From a bacterium (GTDB lineage Bacteria; Bdellovibrionota_C; UBA2361; RFPC01): 64,000 nt of DNA. Location: NCBI GenBank assembly GCA_030431715.1, contig JAUIIO010000005.1, forward strand, positions 17,542 to 81,541, given 5' to 3'. The position numbers and the translations under genes were made by a program. Below, piece after piece: positions 48,721 to 60,097 of the stretch. The first letter of the stretch is position 1; every line of letters begins with the position of its first letter. The notes beneath the pieces are model-generated. The model was not told the origin of the DNA and searched no databases. It saw only the letters and a list, made by a program, of their open reading frames with translations.

Positions 48721-49749
48721 ATGAACCAACTCATCGTCCGGATTTTATTTCTTCTCTTCGGCCTTCTGATCGGACTTGGAGTAGCTGAGATAACGCTCCG
48801 CGTTTTTCACCTCGCTCCCGAAGTTGTCTATATCGAAAAGTGGCGTATGCGCCTCGCGAAAAATCCGAAAATCGGCTACGAGCCGATTCCTCATCTCGAT
48901 TCAAGCGGAAAGTCTGTTCAGTATTATGGTTACCGAGGCTTAAGTAACGATCTCGGTTTTCGAGACGAGAGTCACACAGAACTAAAACCTGCTGGAGAGA
49001 CGCGGATACTTGTACTCGGCGATAGTATTGTGGCTGGGCTCTGGATCGAAAAAGACCGTGACATTTATCCGGCTCTGCTCGAAGAGAAGCTCAGAGCTGA
49101 AGGGAAGAAAGTAGAAGTCCTTAATTTCGGTGTCAGTGGATACAACACTCAGCAAGAGGTTGAGACATTAAAAGAGAAGGGGCTTCGCTATTCTCCTGAT
49201 ATCGTCCTTTTAACGTATTGTTTGAACGATACATATGCTGATGATGGTGGGATCTACTACCACCTTAAAAATACCGAGAAAGAGCAGGACGGAGTGAACG
49301 CGGCCACTCTTTCTCCTTGGCTTCGTAAAAGTGCTCTTTTTCGTTTCATGAAGTTTCGGGTAATGAGACAGGAGGAAAAAAAGCAGGAAGATCTCGAAGC
49401 TCCTGATTTTCTAACTGAGAATAAGACAGCACAGTACTTGAGTGTTCTCTCAGAGCTCCAGAAACAACATGGATTTGAGGTGTATGTAGTTTTCTTTCCT
49501 GATTTTGATTTTCTGGATAAACGCACAGCATCTTATGCGTTTTTTGACGAACACCAGAAAATACGAAAGCTTGCGCTACAGAATAATTTTCAATTCATAG
49601 ATCTCTATGATTCTATGAAAAAATGTAAAGCTGAGATAGGCAATCGACTCCTCTCCTATGATCGTTTTCATCCAAGACCAATAGGAAATGATTGTGCGGC
49701 TTCAGCAATTGCACAAAGACTGCGTGAATCTAAGAAGATTGCGGGTTAG
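48721..49749 (+). CDS. SGNH/GDSL-family hydrolase with an N-terminal membrane anchor
   Basis: GDS block ILVLGDSIVAG and a C-terminal DxxH (DRFHP); sits inside the glycan locus. Confidence 0.65.
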   Translation: MNQLIVRILFLLFGLLIGLGVAEITLRVFHLAPEVVYIEKWRMRLAKNPKIGYEPIPHLDSSGKSVQYYGYRGLSNDLGFRDESHTELKPAGETRILVLGDSIVAGLWIEKDRDIYPALLEEKLRAEGKKVEVLNFGVSGYNTQQEVETLKEKGLRYSPDIVLLTYCLNDTYADDGGIYYHLKNTEKEQDGVNAATLSPWLRKSALFRFMKFRVMRQEEKKQEDLEAPDFLTENKTAQYLSVLSELQKQHGFEVYVVFFPDFDFLDKRTASYAFFDEHQKIRKLALQNNFQFIDLYDSMKKCKAEIGNRLLSYDRFHPRPIGNDCAASAIAQRLRESKKIAG

Positions 49750-51173
49750 CCTACATTTCCGCTTACCTGTGCGCTTACACTCGTTGATACACCAGAGGTC
49801 TGATCTGTGCCTTCAACAGTAATTGTTCCGGAAAAAGAAGACGATTGACTGCACGTAAATGTAATCATAACCGTCTGCGTACCTCCCGGGCTCAGGCTAA
49901 ATGAAGATGGCATTGTGGAGAGTTGATTCCCACTGGTGCTTACAGTGTAGTTTGTTTCAGTATTACCGGTGTTAGTGACCACAAACTGTCCGACTTTTTG
50001 TGGACAGGAGGTTTGGCCAACTGTGTGCGAGAAAGAGAAGTCCTGATCTGAGAGTGTGAACTCCAGAATGCTATCTTCATCATCAGGGGTAGCGGTCGGG
50101 GAGGGGGTAGTAACAGAACCTTCTCCTGAGCCGCTTGTGTCGATATCTTCGCCGTCACCGCTTCCATCTTCCCCGGAGAGCGCGTCTTCTACGTTAATAG
50201 TAAGACTTGTGAAGGTGCTCCCCCCATCAGAGGTAAAGAATGCTCGTCCCTGATCTCCAAGGAGTACGCCACGAAAAGGGTTTGAGCCGAAGAGCAAGAA
50301 GAGTTTAAACATCATGACGTCTTGAACAAATTCTTCATCGACTTCAGGAAAGACGCTCGGTTGGTATTGGTATCCACCGTCAGTAGAGTACGCTGCATAA
50401 CGGTCCCCGTAGAGTATTGCTCGTGAGTAGTCCGAATTAAAAGAAATACCGTTAATGGTATTTGATGTGCCGGTATCAATCTGACTCCATGTAGATCCCC
50501 CGTCAGTACTAAAACCCGCGTAACCACTATCGCCAGTAATCCATGCGTTTCTACTATTTGTGAGCATAACACTATTGAAGTTAACGCTTACTCCAGCATC
50601 AAGCTGAGTGTAGCTCGTAAAGCCATCGATGGTTTTGTAGATCATACCGACTTCACCGACAGCGATACACGTATTTCTATCAACGCAATCTATAGAGGAG
50701 AATTTTATATTTCCATCTCCAACGGTTAAGGAAGACCAGTTTAATCCACTGTTTGCGCTTTTTAAGATAAGAGAGTTTGAAGCCGCGATGTATCCTACTT
50801 CGTTATCAGCAAATTCGATGTCGTAATAATCCGCGTTAATACCGGTATCAATAATGTTGTAAGATGAGGTGAGGGAGAGACGCGTGAGTAGGGTGCTATT
50901 TAGGCCGACCGCGTAGTGAAGACCGTTTTGAACGGCATAATCTGTGAGGTCGTACTTAAGGGGAACGTCTTGCAGAGTGTAACTACTCCCGCCATTATTG
51001 GTATAGAGACTTGTACCTGACTCCCCAACGGCAACAAACTCATTTGCATCTGTGGCGTAGCCTCCGCAAAGCAGGGCAATAAACTCAAAAGTGCTACTAC
51101 TGCCGCATGAACTTACCTGAAATAGGACAAAGATACTTAAGATGCCGGCTAAGAGTTTTCTGTGAAAATTCAT
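49746..51173 (-). CDS. BNR/Ycf48-like repeat lipoprotein
   Basis: Lipobox (VSSCGS). Repeated S-x-D-G-G-x-T-W/F BNR motifs (STDGGSTWSQ, SANSGLNWSS, TSDGGSTFTS). Acidic Ser/Gly linker and a Thr/Ser-rich C-terminal domain. Confidence 0.6.
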   Translation of the reverse strand: MNFHRKLLAGILSIFVLFQVSSCGSSSTFEFIALLCGGYATDANEFVAVGESGTSLYTNNGGSSYTLQDVPLKYDLTDYAVQNGLHYAVGLNSTLLTRLSLTSSYNIIDTGINADYYDIEFADNEVGYIAASNSLILKSANSGLNWSSLTVGDGNIKFSSIDCVDRNTCIAVGEVGMIYKTIDGFTSYTQLDAGVSVNFNSVMLTNSRNAWITGDSGYAGFSTDGGSTWSQIDTGTSNTINGISFNSDYSRAILYGDRYAAYSTDGGYQYQPSVFPEVDEEFVQDVMMFKLFLLFGSNPFRGVLLGDQGRAFFTSDGGSTFTSLTINVEDALSGEDGSGDGEDIDTSGSGEGSVTTPSPTATPDDEDSILEFTLSDQDFSFSHTVGQTSCPQKVGQFVVTNTGNTETNYTVSTSGNQLSTMPSSFSLSPGGTQTVMITFTCSQSSSFSGTITVEGTDQTSGVSTSVSAQVSGNVG

Positions 51174-51377
51174 AATCTCCCCCTAGGAGTAATTTTATTG
51201 ATGTTCCTCGCAAATAGTAGCCCACGATAAGCTGATTTCAAGAAGAGATTTCGCAGATACGGGATGTGCTCGGAAGTGGGGTGCTAGTCTATTGATATTA
51301 TGAGAGAAATAAGCGTATCGGTGGTTACTTGTAATATCAGGGTACACCTGTTTATTATACGAGCCTTAACAAATTGA

Positions 51378-52382
<1,005 letters not shown>

Positions 52383-52384
52383 TT

Positions 52385-53320
52385 ATGAAGGCTCTTGTAA
52401 CCGGTGCCTGCGGGTTTGTCGGCGGGTATCTTACCAGAGAGCTACAGGGTAATGGGCATACCGTACTCGGGGCCCTTTACTCTGAAAAACATAACTGTCC
52501 GACCGAAACCGTCCCCCTTGATATTACCTCACGAGAGGACTGCCTGAAGGTTCTTTCCGCCTTTAAGCCAGATATCGTTTATCACCTTGCAGGGATGTCT
52601 TTTGTCCCCGCGGCACAAAAGCATTTTGATAAAGCGCTCGAGACGAATGTATACGGCGTATATAATATTTTAGATGCACTTTCAGAGCTTGGACTGACAT
52701 CTCAATTCGTTCTCGCGAGCTCTGGAGAGGTTTACGGAATAGTTCGTCCCGAAGATCTTCCTCTGACGGAATTAAGCCCTGTTCGACCTGCAAATGCATA
52801 CAGCCTTTCTAAGGCGATGGCAGAAGATACTGTTCGATATTTCATGCGTAGAAGCAATTCTCGATGCTACATAATGCGCCCCTTTAATCATATTGGACCC
52901 GGCCAGAATGAATCATTTGTTACCGCATCATTTGCTTCGCAAATTGCAAGTATTGCAGCAGGAAAGTCAGAGCCTGTGATGAAAGTTGGAAATCTTGAAG
53001 CTGTTAGAGATTTCATGGACGTACGAGACGTCGTTCGAGCATATGCGGAAGTGCATACCAGTGAACCGGGGACCTATAATTTAAGCTCAGGTTCTTCTGT
53101 CTCAATACAGGCGATCCTTGATATCTTACTCGATATCTCTGGAGTTGATGTGGATGTGCAGCAGGATCCTGAGAGAATGCGACCATCTGAAGTGCCAGAA
53201 GTCCAGGGAAGTTTTGACAAGGCCTATCTTACCTTTGGATGGAAGCCTGAGATAGATATTGAGACTTCACTAAAAGATATCTACCAATCATGGCTCTCTT
53301 ATCATCAACAAAAGGGATAA
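52385..53320 (+). CDS. rmd: GDP-4-dehydro-6-deoxy-D-mannose reductase (GDP-D-rhamnose synthase, Rmd-like)
   Basis: The RPFNHIGPGQNESFVTASFASQIA...VGNLEAVRDFMDVRDVVRAY block closely resembles Rmd rather than Fcl; SDR-extended fold; immediately follows gmd. Confidence 0.7.
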   Translation: MKALVTGACGFVGGYLTRELQGNGHTVLGALYSEKHNCPTETVPLDITSREDCLKVLSAFKPDIVYHLAGMSFVPAAQKHFDKALETNVYGVYNILDALSELGLTSQFVLASSGEVYGIVRPEDLPLTELSPVRPANAYSLSKAMAEDTVRYFMRRSNSRCYIMRPFNHIGPGQNESFVTASFASQIASIAAGKSEPVMKVGNLEAVRDFMDVRDVVRAYAEVHTSEPGTYNLSSGSSVSIQAILDILLDISGVDVDVQQDPERMRPSEVPEVQGSFDKAYLTFGWKPEIDIETSLKDIYQSWLSYHQQKG

Positions 53321-53328
53321 TCTGTTCC

Positions 53329-54321
53329 TTACTTCATCTTAGAGAGCTTCTGAATTGCTCCTTCTGTGAGTCTATTTGGATTTTTTAGAAGATACGATGG
53401 CACAATAACAACATCACCCAGTTCAAGCTGCGTGCCATCCGCGATCTTGTTCATTCTGGCTAAACGCCCTTTATTTGCAGCTTCGCGCGTGTACCACAGA
53501 GATATTGTCTGAAGGGTTTCTCCCGGATAGGTAACATAGTGTACCAAATCGCCTTTCGGAGTGAGTTCCGCAGGAGCTGTGCCTTCTTGTTCTATGATCG
53601 TATCAAGGGCACCGGCCTCACTTGCTCGCTCGTTCTCCATGGGGTAAGTCGAACTGGTAAAGGGTTTACCAGAGTATTCATAATTCTGAGGAGTTTCTTC
53701 CTCTTCTGGGAATCTGGTTTCATTATAGAGAATAGTTTCTTCAGACTCCTGCTCAGCGATAATCTCACCTGGCGCTTCATCTTCATCGGTCTCTCCTATT
53801 CGCTCAAGTGTCTCGTTCTCAAACTCTTGAAGCTCAGCTGGTAGGGGAGCTTCGCTCTGTTGCTTGGGAGAGCTTTGCTTTTCTTTAAAGCTCTTTGGGA
53901 AATTCACTTTTGGGTTGCCTCGTACTCCGCTCATAGCCTTGTGTACAAGTTCCAACGTCGCTGGTGCGATTGCCTTTGGGCCATTTATCTTCCAGCCGTC
54001 AGCCTTTTGCACCATGGTAAACATCTCTACGTTTTGAGGATAATAAAAATAGAGATTCACCGGGGAGAAAAATTCTTTGTAGACTTCAAGCGCTGCTGGA
54101 GAGCCGCGGTGCTTCACAAAACTATGTATCTCAGGACTCCTCTCCATCTCTTCAGATATGAGGAGGTTTTGGGCGACATAGGCATTTGTTGTGCTAAGCG
54201 CTATGGGGCCACGACCATTGAGTCTATTAATGAGCGATTTATTTGACTCTATCTGAAACGAGGAGCAGGAAAGAAAACCGCAGCAGATAAGAAGTGCTGT
54301 TATAAGGAATCGTAGCAACAT
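53329..54321 (-). CDS. LysM-domain lipoprotein
   Basis: Probable start at the internal MLLRFLITALLICCGFLSCSS (lipobox). C-terminal LysM (YVTYPGETLQTISLWY...GDVVIVP). The track start at 54432 overlaps the upstream gene. Confidence 0.6.
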   Translation of the reverse strand: MLLRFLITALLICCGFLSCSSFQIESNKSLINRLNGRGPIALSTTNAYVAQNLLISEEMERSPEIHSFVKHRGSPAALEVYKEFFSPVNLYFYYPQNVEMFTMVQKADGWKINGPKAIAPATLELVHKAMSGVRGNPKVNFPKSFKEKQSSPKQQSEAPLPAELQEFENETLERIGETDEDEAPGEIIAEQESEETILYNETRFPEEEETPQNYEYSGKPFTSSTYPMENERASEAGALDTIIEQEGTAPAELTPKGDLVHYVTYPGETLQTISLWYTREAANKGRLARMNKIADGTQLELGDVVIVPSYLLKNPNRLTEGAIQKLSKMK

Positions 54322-54373
54322 ATGTTCTATTTTATGTGGAACGTCGACCTGACAGCAATATGCAAATTCGAGG

Positions 54374-54952
54374 TTAGGACCGCTCAGAGCCGAGTCCGTA
54401 AAAGCTACGCCGTCCGCACAGCGAATCTTCACCTAGCGCACGTAGCTCCACAGCTAGCCTATAAAGAGATTTCTCGTGAATTGTTGGAGGCTCAGTGACG
54501 CTATCGAGAGAAGTCTCAATTTTAAAGGAAGATGACGTCGTCTGAACCGAAAGGAGGTATTTTCCGGGGCTGTAAAATGTGGCCTGCCCTTCAGGAGGAG
54601 TAAATGTATGAGATTTCGCCTGTAGAAGGTTCATTATCTGAGCAGCAGCTTTTTTAACAGCTAAAATTTCTGCCTCTTCAGGATTTGTGATGCTCTGCCT
54701 CTTTGGTACCTGCCGCCCATTTGAAAATACCCCACATTCAGTATAGAGAGTATTTTGGAGAAGCTTCAGTTTTTCAAATTCCTCAGCCTGGATTGAAGAT
54801 CTCTTAAGATAAAGTTCAATGGAAGTTATCTCCTCAGCATGTACCAACGGAGCATGAGTGGTACCAGATTTTTTTTGAGAAGAGCACGATGTAAAGCAGA
54901 GTAAACAAAAGAGGACACGTATGATACTCTTGGTACAGTAGCATTTTAACAT
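54374..54952 (-). CDS. Hypothetical lipoprotein (192 aa)
   Basis: Signal peptide with a lipobox (LLCFTSCSS); no further motifs. Confidence 0.45.
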   Translation of the reverse strand: MLKCYCTKSIIRVLFCLLCFTSCSSQKKSGTTHAPLVHAEEITSIELYLKRSSIQAEEFEKLKLLQNTLYTECGVFSNGRQVPKRQSITNPEEAEILAVKKAAAQIMNLLQAKSHTFTPPEGQATFYSPGKYLLSVQTTSSSFKIETSLDSVTEPPTIHEKSLYRLAVELRALGEDSLCGRRSFYGLGSERS

Positions 54953-56340
54953 CGAGTTCTTTCTCTGGAAGCACGACCAAGCATGTGCGCAAGTGCTAAA
55001 TGGAGCTCCGGGAATTGAAAAGAAAAACCACTGTCAACAAGCTTTTGCGGAACAGCTCTCGTGCTCGCGAGTAAGAGCTCATCGGCCATCTGTCCCAGCC
55101 CGGTTTTAAGTACGATTTCTGGTACTGGAAAGAGGCATGGGCGATTAAGTGTCTTAGCAAGCGTGTTACAAAAATCAGCGTTTCTGGTTTCCTGGGGAGC
55201 GCAAAAATTAAATGCCCCGGAGAGTTCCTCTCTGGCAATGAGGTGGTATAGCGCGTAGAGTAGGTCATCAAGAGCTATCCAGCTAAAGTATTGCCGACCG
55301 CTCCCTAAGCGTCCACCCAGTCCGAGCTTAAATGGGAGAAGCATCTTTGCAAGGGCTCCTCCTGCCGGGGTGAGCACGGCTCCAAATCTCATATGTGCAG
55401 TGCGAATTCCTGCGTCTTGGGCTGGTAATGTTGCGGCTTCCCATTTTTGTGCTACTTCAGATAAGAAGAGCTCTCCTGCGCTCTCTTCTTCTGTAAGGAG
55501 GGAATCTCCTCTATCTCCGTAATAACCAATGCCTGATGCGGTGAGTAGGCATTTAGGCTTTGAGCTCGCCATACTCATCGCTTTTGCGAGCAGTGAGGTG
55601 GAGTCTACTCTGCTTTTTAAAATCTTCTTCTTTGTCGCTTCTGTCCAGCGCTGCGCGATTGGTTCGCCGGACAGGTGAATAACGACATCAATATCGTTAA
55701 AAATCTCTGGTGAGAGCGTCTCACTACTAGGATTCCACTCCCTTTCATGTTCGTTTCTTGGTTCCCTTCTTACAAGGGTGATCACAGTGTGTCCGGCAGT
55801 AGAAAGAAATGACTGCAGGGTTTTACCGATGAGTCCGCTTGCTCCAGCTAAAAGGATCTTTTTAGGTGGGAGGTCATAATTGGATATGCACGTAAGATCG
55901 TTCTTAACAGTTGTATGCCTGTAAGTGAACATTCTCTCTAATTTACTCTCTACCATCTTGCCGCAGAGTAGATCCGCGATAGGTGAAAGCGGGAGTGCAT
56001 ACGTAATAGTATCCTTCATAATGCAGGTTGAATCAGAGCTCGGTTCAAAGCGATGTTCATGTTCCCAGTGCGAGAAGGGGCCCCCTTCTTGAATGTCGAC
56101 AAAATGTGATGTGGGAGAGACCTCAGTGTGAAGTGCTTTCCACGTACAACGTAGTGGTCCGGCGATCGGTACTTTTAGCGTGATAACCGATCCTTTTGTA
56201 ATTGGCCCTGAGAAATTTCTCTGAACATCAACCTTTTCCCACGGGGGAAGGAGCCTGTGAAGCGCGCCGTCACTCATATGCCAAGAGTATACCTTGTCTG
56301 CGGGATGGGGGAGGTTTGAGTGAAAGGTGAATTGTTTCAT
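54946..56340 (-). CDS. Fusion of an SRPBCC (polyketide-cyclase-like) domain and a TIGR01777/YfcH-type NAD-dependent epimerase-family protein
   Basis: The N-terminal ~150 aa has a START/SRPBCC-like pattern. It is followed by ILLAGASGLIGKTLQSFL, a Rossmann motif, and a DUF1731-like C-terminus. Confidence 0.6.
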   Translation of the reverse strand: MKQFTFHSNLPHPADKVYSWHMSDGALHRLLPPWEKVDVQRNFSGPITKGSVITLKVPIAGPLRCTWKALHTEVSPTSHFVDIQEGGPFSHWEHEHRFEPSSDSTCIMKDTITYALPLSPIADLLCGKMVESKLERMFTYRHTTVKNDLTCISNYDLPPKKILLAGASGLIGKTLQSFLSTAGHTVITLVRREPRNEHEREWNPSSETLSPEIFNDIDVVIHLSGEPIAQRWTEATKKKILKSRVDSTSLLAKAMSMASSKPKCLLTASGIGYYGDRGDSLLTEEESAGELFLSEVAQKWEAATLPAQDAGIRTAHMRFGAVLTPAGGALAKMLLPFKLGLGGRLGSGRQYFSWIALDDLLYALYHLIAREELSGAFNFCAPQETRNADFCNTLAKTLNRPCLFPVPEIVLKTGLGQMADELLLASTRAVPQKLVDSGFSFQFPELHLALAHMLGRASRERTRC

Positions 56341-56389
56341 GGTCGACTTTGTGTCTTAATAGTTAGGCAACATATTTAAGGCTTCCCCT

Positions 56390-56764
56390 ATGTTATTATC
56401 CTACATGCACCGAACCGGACAAGAACAAGTGCCAGAACTTTGCCTTCTGGCTGATAAATGTGACGAATATTCGGTTCCGGTAAGTGTTGATTGCCTGCCA
56501 GTAACGAGTTGCTCTGTTGTCCGGCTTGGACCTCACGAGGCGGTTACTGTTGCTGAAGGAGAGGCAGGAGAGCAAGTCCTTACTCCGGTAAAGCCATCAA
56601 AGATGTATCTTACCCCCAGTCAGCTAGATAGTCCCGGGGTAACAGTTGCAAAGGTTAAAATCGTGAAAGAAGCTCAAGACCAGTATAAGGTCTTCTTCCA
56701 ACAAGACAAAGACGTAGCCACCGGAGAATGGCGCCCTTGGAACCCCAACCAAAGCCAGCGGTAG
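56390..56764 (+). CDS. Hypothetical protein (124 aa)
   Basis: ORF only. Confidence 0.3.
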   Translation: MLLSYMHRTGQEQVPELCLLADKCDEYSVPVSVDCLPVTSCSVVRLGPHEAVTVAEGEAGEQVLTPVKPSKMYLTPSQLDSPGVTVAKVKIVKEAQDQYKVFFQQDKDVATGEWRPWNPNQSQR

Positions 56765-56769
56765 ATTAG

Positions 56770-56830
56770 CGCCTCTCCACGAAATTCACCTTGACCTGCT
56801 CCTTGACCTGAACCTGCACCATTTAGATTC
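56770..56830. repeat. Hexamer-periodic intergenic repeat (CCTTGA CCTGCT CCTTGA CCTGAA CCTGCA)
   Basis: accttgacctgctccttgacctgaacctgcacc has period 6 and is related to the TCCT family. Confidence 0.6.
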
Positions 56831-57435
56831 TAGCGCTCAATCAGCTTCACCCCATTCGCACAGTAATCACATGCCTCCGGAGCATAAGTCGGTAACACCT
56901 CTTTAATCATCGCCTGGTAAGAAAATCCGGCCTCATCCAGCTTTTCAAGCTGTTCGCGGCGTTGCCACGTATTAAGAACTTCAACCTTTTTAGCTCCTGC
57001 CTCTATCACGGCACGGCAAACACTTGCAGAGGATGTCCCGGAAGTTCCGACATCCTCAATCACAAGTACAAAATCAGGTTTATAGGAAGAGAGATAGTCG
57101 AGCGAAGAATCAACAGGCTTAGCAGACTTCGGAGTATCTTTCTCAGTAATCAGACCTACGGCACCGTTTTTAAGCTTTGCGGCGATGCTCAGAGCGAGTC
57201 TATTCGCTCCATTTGCAACCCCGATAAGTGCGTTCGGTTGTTGTTGATACTCAGTACGAATATATTCGGCAAAAGCATCTGTCCAATCTTCATAGAGGCT
57301 GCTAGCTGTTTCGATGCGATCGAAATCAAGCTTTCTTCCGTGCATGCCACTCACAAATTCATGGTGCATATCCTCAGGATCAAGGACCCCCTCAGTTAAT
57401 ATTCTTTCTCGTAAACTTTCTAAATACGGCTTCAC
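56830..57435 (-). CDS. pyrE: Type-I phosphoribosyltransferase, probably orotate phosphoribosyltransferase
   Basis: PRPP-binding loop VLVIEDVGTSGTS; about 200 aa; directly downstream of pyrF with a 4-bp overlap. Confidence 0.55.
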   Translation of the reverse strand: MKPYLESLRERILTEGVLDPEDMHHEFVSGMHGRKLDFDRIETASSLYEDWTDAFAEYIRTEYQQQPNALIGVANGANRLALSIAAKLKNGAVGLITEKDTPKSAKPVDSSLDYLSSYKPDFVLVIEDVGTSGTSSASVCRAVIEAGAKKVEVLNTWQRREQLEKLDEAGFSYQAMIKEVLPTYAPEACDYCANGVKLIER

Positions 57436-58244
57436 ATCTCCTCCAGTTCGTTAAGAATTCGTTCCAGAGCATCTGCTGGGCTTCCGACAGACTCTGGGGG
57501 TTTTGTTATCGGTCTACCAATGACGAGATAATCAGATCCTGCTCTCACAGCATCTGCTGGTGAAAGAACTCGCGACTGATCCCCAGCGACAGCCCACTCG
57601 GGTCGGATACCGGGGGTTACTAGGAGTAAACTACTCGTACTCTCATTTTCCTTAAGGAGTGCAGCTTCCTGCGGGGAGCAGACAACGCCATCAAGGCCGT
57701 TCTGGGCAGCCATGGTTGCGAACTGAAGTACTTTTTCTTTTGCTACCTTACCGTAGAGCTCCTGTGATTCAGTGTCCGTAATTGAAGTAAGGACCGTAAC
57801 TCCAAGGAGAACAGGCTTTTTTTTCAGCCCATAGTTTTTTACAGCTTGATCTCTGCCCTTTACTGCTCCAATGAGAGCCGCAGGTGAATTGTCAGCCATG
57901 ATATTAAAAAATTCTGGTTGATGTCTGGTAATAGCGCGGCAGGAGCGCTCAACGGTTGCCGGGATATCTTTAAATTTGGTGTCGCAGAAAATCTTTGCAC
58001 CAGTACTGTGTATTGTCTGTATAACCCTTAACCACCCTTCATAGGTGCCGAGCTGATTACCTACCTTAAAAGTGACAGGATAAGCACGGAGGGCCTCGAT
58101 TAACGATACGGCCTCCTCTAGCTCATCAAAATCGAGGGCCACCATTACTCTTTCAATTGGACTCTTGGGTTTTAGCATGTACGGGAGTATAGCCTTTTTC
58201 TTCCGCCTCATAAAAGGAGAGAAGGAGTAAGGTGAAATATCCAT
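57432..58244 (-). CDS. pyrF: Orotidine-5'-phosphate decarboxylase (long type)
   Basis: VALDFDE...FKVGNQL and FCDTKFKDIPATV blocks of the OMP decarboxylase family. Confidence 0.8.
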   Translation of the reverse strand: MDISPYSFSPFMRRKKKAILPYMLKPKSPIERVMVALDFDELEEAVSLIEALRAYPVTFKVGNQLGTYEGWLRVIQTIHSTGAKIFCDTKFKDIPATVERSCRAITRHQPEFFNIMADNSPAALIGAVKGRDQAVKNYGLKKKPVLLGVTVLTSITDTESQELYGKVAKEKVLQFATMAAQNGLDGVVCSPQEAALLKENESTSSLLLVTPGIRPEWAVAGDQSRVLSPADAVRAGSDYLVIGRPITKPPESVGSPADALERILNELEEM

Positions 58245-58387
58245 ATTATCAGCATCTTGCAGAGATTTTTCGTGATTCTTCTTAGATTCTGAGTAGAGGT
58301 TTTAGGCAAGATCGCCCCTAAAAAGTATGTTTTGAATTCTGGACCTGATATGCTGATAGTCAGTTGTTAGAGTAGTTACGTAGTAAA

Positions 58388-59953
58388 ATGCAAAGTCCAT
58401 TAGAAGATCCAGAACACCAACCTGATACTCCACCACACGCTGATGATGCCTCAATCTCAGAGGTTGGCTCCGAAACGCCAGAGGTAGAACTTACCGCAGA
58501 AGACGCGCAGGCGATGATCGCTGAAATGGAGAGTCTCAAGAGCGATAAGCCGGGCTTTCAAACACGTTATTTTGTATCGCTCGTAGATCACGCATCAAAT
58601 CCAAGCTGTATGGCGGAACCTTCACTCAGGAAGTTTCTCACCGATCAGCTCTCTGAGCTCCTTCCTGCGGCGAGAGGCCATATTGGGGATGAGGCTTTTC
58701 TTAAAATTACACTCTCCGTCTCTGATCTCTTGCTCTGCTCTGGTGATGTTGTTCGGGCCAGCAGCTGGGCGAAAGTTGCTGTCGCTGAGCCTGATAAATC
58801 TGCTGCTTTAGAAATCGAGAGTATTCGTCAGCTCTTTAAAACCACTCATGAAGACTTCTCTGAAGATACCAAAGAAGTCATAGACGATATTTTAAAAAAT
58901 TCAAGCTTACTTATAGATAGATGTATCGCCGATAATCAGGTCGATGGGCTTCTTTCACTCTCTTTTGAATGTCTCAGTACCCTTGAATCGCAGCACCGAC
59001 ATCTTCATTCAGCGGCATTCGCTTTGAAAGTCATCGAAGCTGTTGAGCCATCACCTTCTGGGAATCACTTTCAGCTAAATAGGCTTAGGCTTGAGTGCGC
59101 GAAGGTATTATGTAAGGGAGAAGCCATCTCGTATCCCGAGGAGTTTGATGGTTCTTGTGCGACGGAGCTTCTTGAACAATCACTTTCTTACTTTAGAGCC
59201 CAAGACTACGTGGAAAGACCGCAGTCTCCACTACTTGTCATTGACTGTTACCATACCCTTGCAGATATCTATTCTCATAAGAAACTAAATGATTTGATGG
59301 TTCATCATTCACAGAGCGCTTATGATCACTGCATCGCACACCTTATCCCCAGACTTGATGAGCAAGAGTGGATAATGGTTGATGATAAAAACTGCATTTT
59401 AGATACCATAGTCTATCACGCTGAAACAAAGCTTGAGGTCGGGCAGTATTTAGCTTCCGATGAGATATGTAGTAACGGTCTCCGTATTGCTGAACGGCTT
59501 TCTGAGTCCGGGCTTTATCTAGCATCAATTCTTTCTGTTAAGGCTCAGGCATTGAATGGAATTTCAAAGGATCAGCAGATTCCTAAAGAAGAGAGAGAAT
59601 ATGCACTTGAGATGGCGGAGGAGTGCTTTTCAAAGGCAGCAGATGTTTATGACTTTGCCATGAATGAGGAAAACTATTTTGCTGGTGGAGAGTGCTACTA
59701 TCGCTTCGCGCACTTTCTTCTCGATCTTGCAGAAAATCCTCCTCCAGAAGAAGACCCTGAATCATATACCACAAAAGCCATCGATCACCTTAACAGAGCC
59801 CTAGATTACTTTAAGGGCGTTCAGCCGGCGGTGTCGAATTGGCTTAAAACTGTTTCCTCTGATTTGGCGTATCTCTATGAGCAGATTGATGAGTTCCCCC
59901 TAGCAGAGGAACTTCATGCTCAGGCTGAAAGATACGGCGCTGAATTCCTCTGA
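58388..59953 (+). CDS. Hypothetical acidic cytoplasmic protein (521 aa), helical-repeat-like
   Basis: Long ORF. Low-complexity acidic N-terminus (PEHQPDTPPHADDASISEVGSETPEVELTAEDAQ). No catalytic motifs. Confidence 0.5.
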   Translation: MQSPLEDPEHQPDTPPHADDASISEVGSETPEVELTAEDAQAMIAEMESLKSDKPGFQTRYFVSLVDHASNPSCMAEPSLRKFLTDQLSELLPAARGHIGDEAFLKITLSVSDLLLCSGDVVRASSWAKVAVAEPDKSAALEIESIRQLFKTTHEDFSEDTKEVIDDILKNSSLLIDRCIADNQVDGLLSLSFECLSTLESQHRHLHSAAFALKVIEAVEPSPSGNHFQLNRLRLECAKVLCKGEAISYPEEFDGSCATELLEQSLSYFRAQDYVERPQSPLLVIDCYHTLADIYSHKKLNDLMVHHSQSAYDHCIAHLIPRLDEQEWIMVDDKNCILDTIVYHAETKLEVGQYLASDEICSNGLRIAERLSESGLYLASILSVKAQALNGISKDQQIPKEEREYALEMAEECFSKAADVYDFAMNEENYFAGGECYYRFAHFLLDLAENPPPEEDPESYTTKAIDHLNRALDYFKGVQPAVSNWLKTVSSDLAYLYEQIDEFPLAEELHAQAERYGAEFL

Positions 59954-60097
59954 ACTTGAGCCCGAATAGCCTGTGGTCCGTAGCTCAAAGAGCGCAGGAC
60001 CATGCCGATTCCTGTACTTCACAGGTTGAATATTTTAAAGACTTATATAGGATAAGAGCCTCAGGAATAAGAGGTTAAGCTACTGGTATTATACGAT

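Noticed and set aside
54322-54432. Upstream extension of the LysM lipoprotein ORF overlapping the neighbouring lipoprotein gene
   Set aside because: The internal Met at 54321 is followed immediately by a lipoprotein signal peptide and removes the 58-nt overlap.
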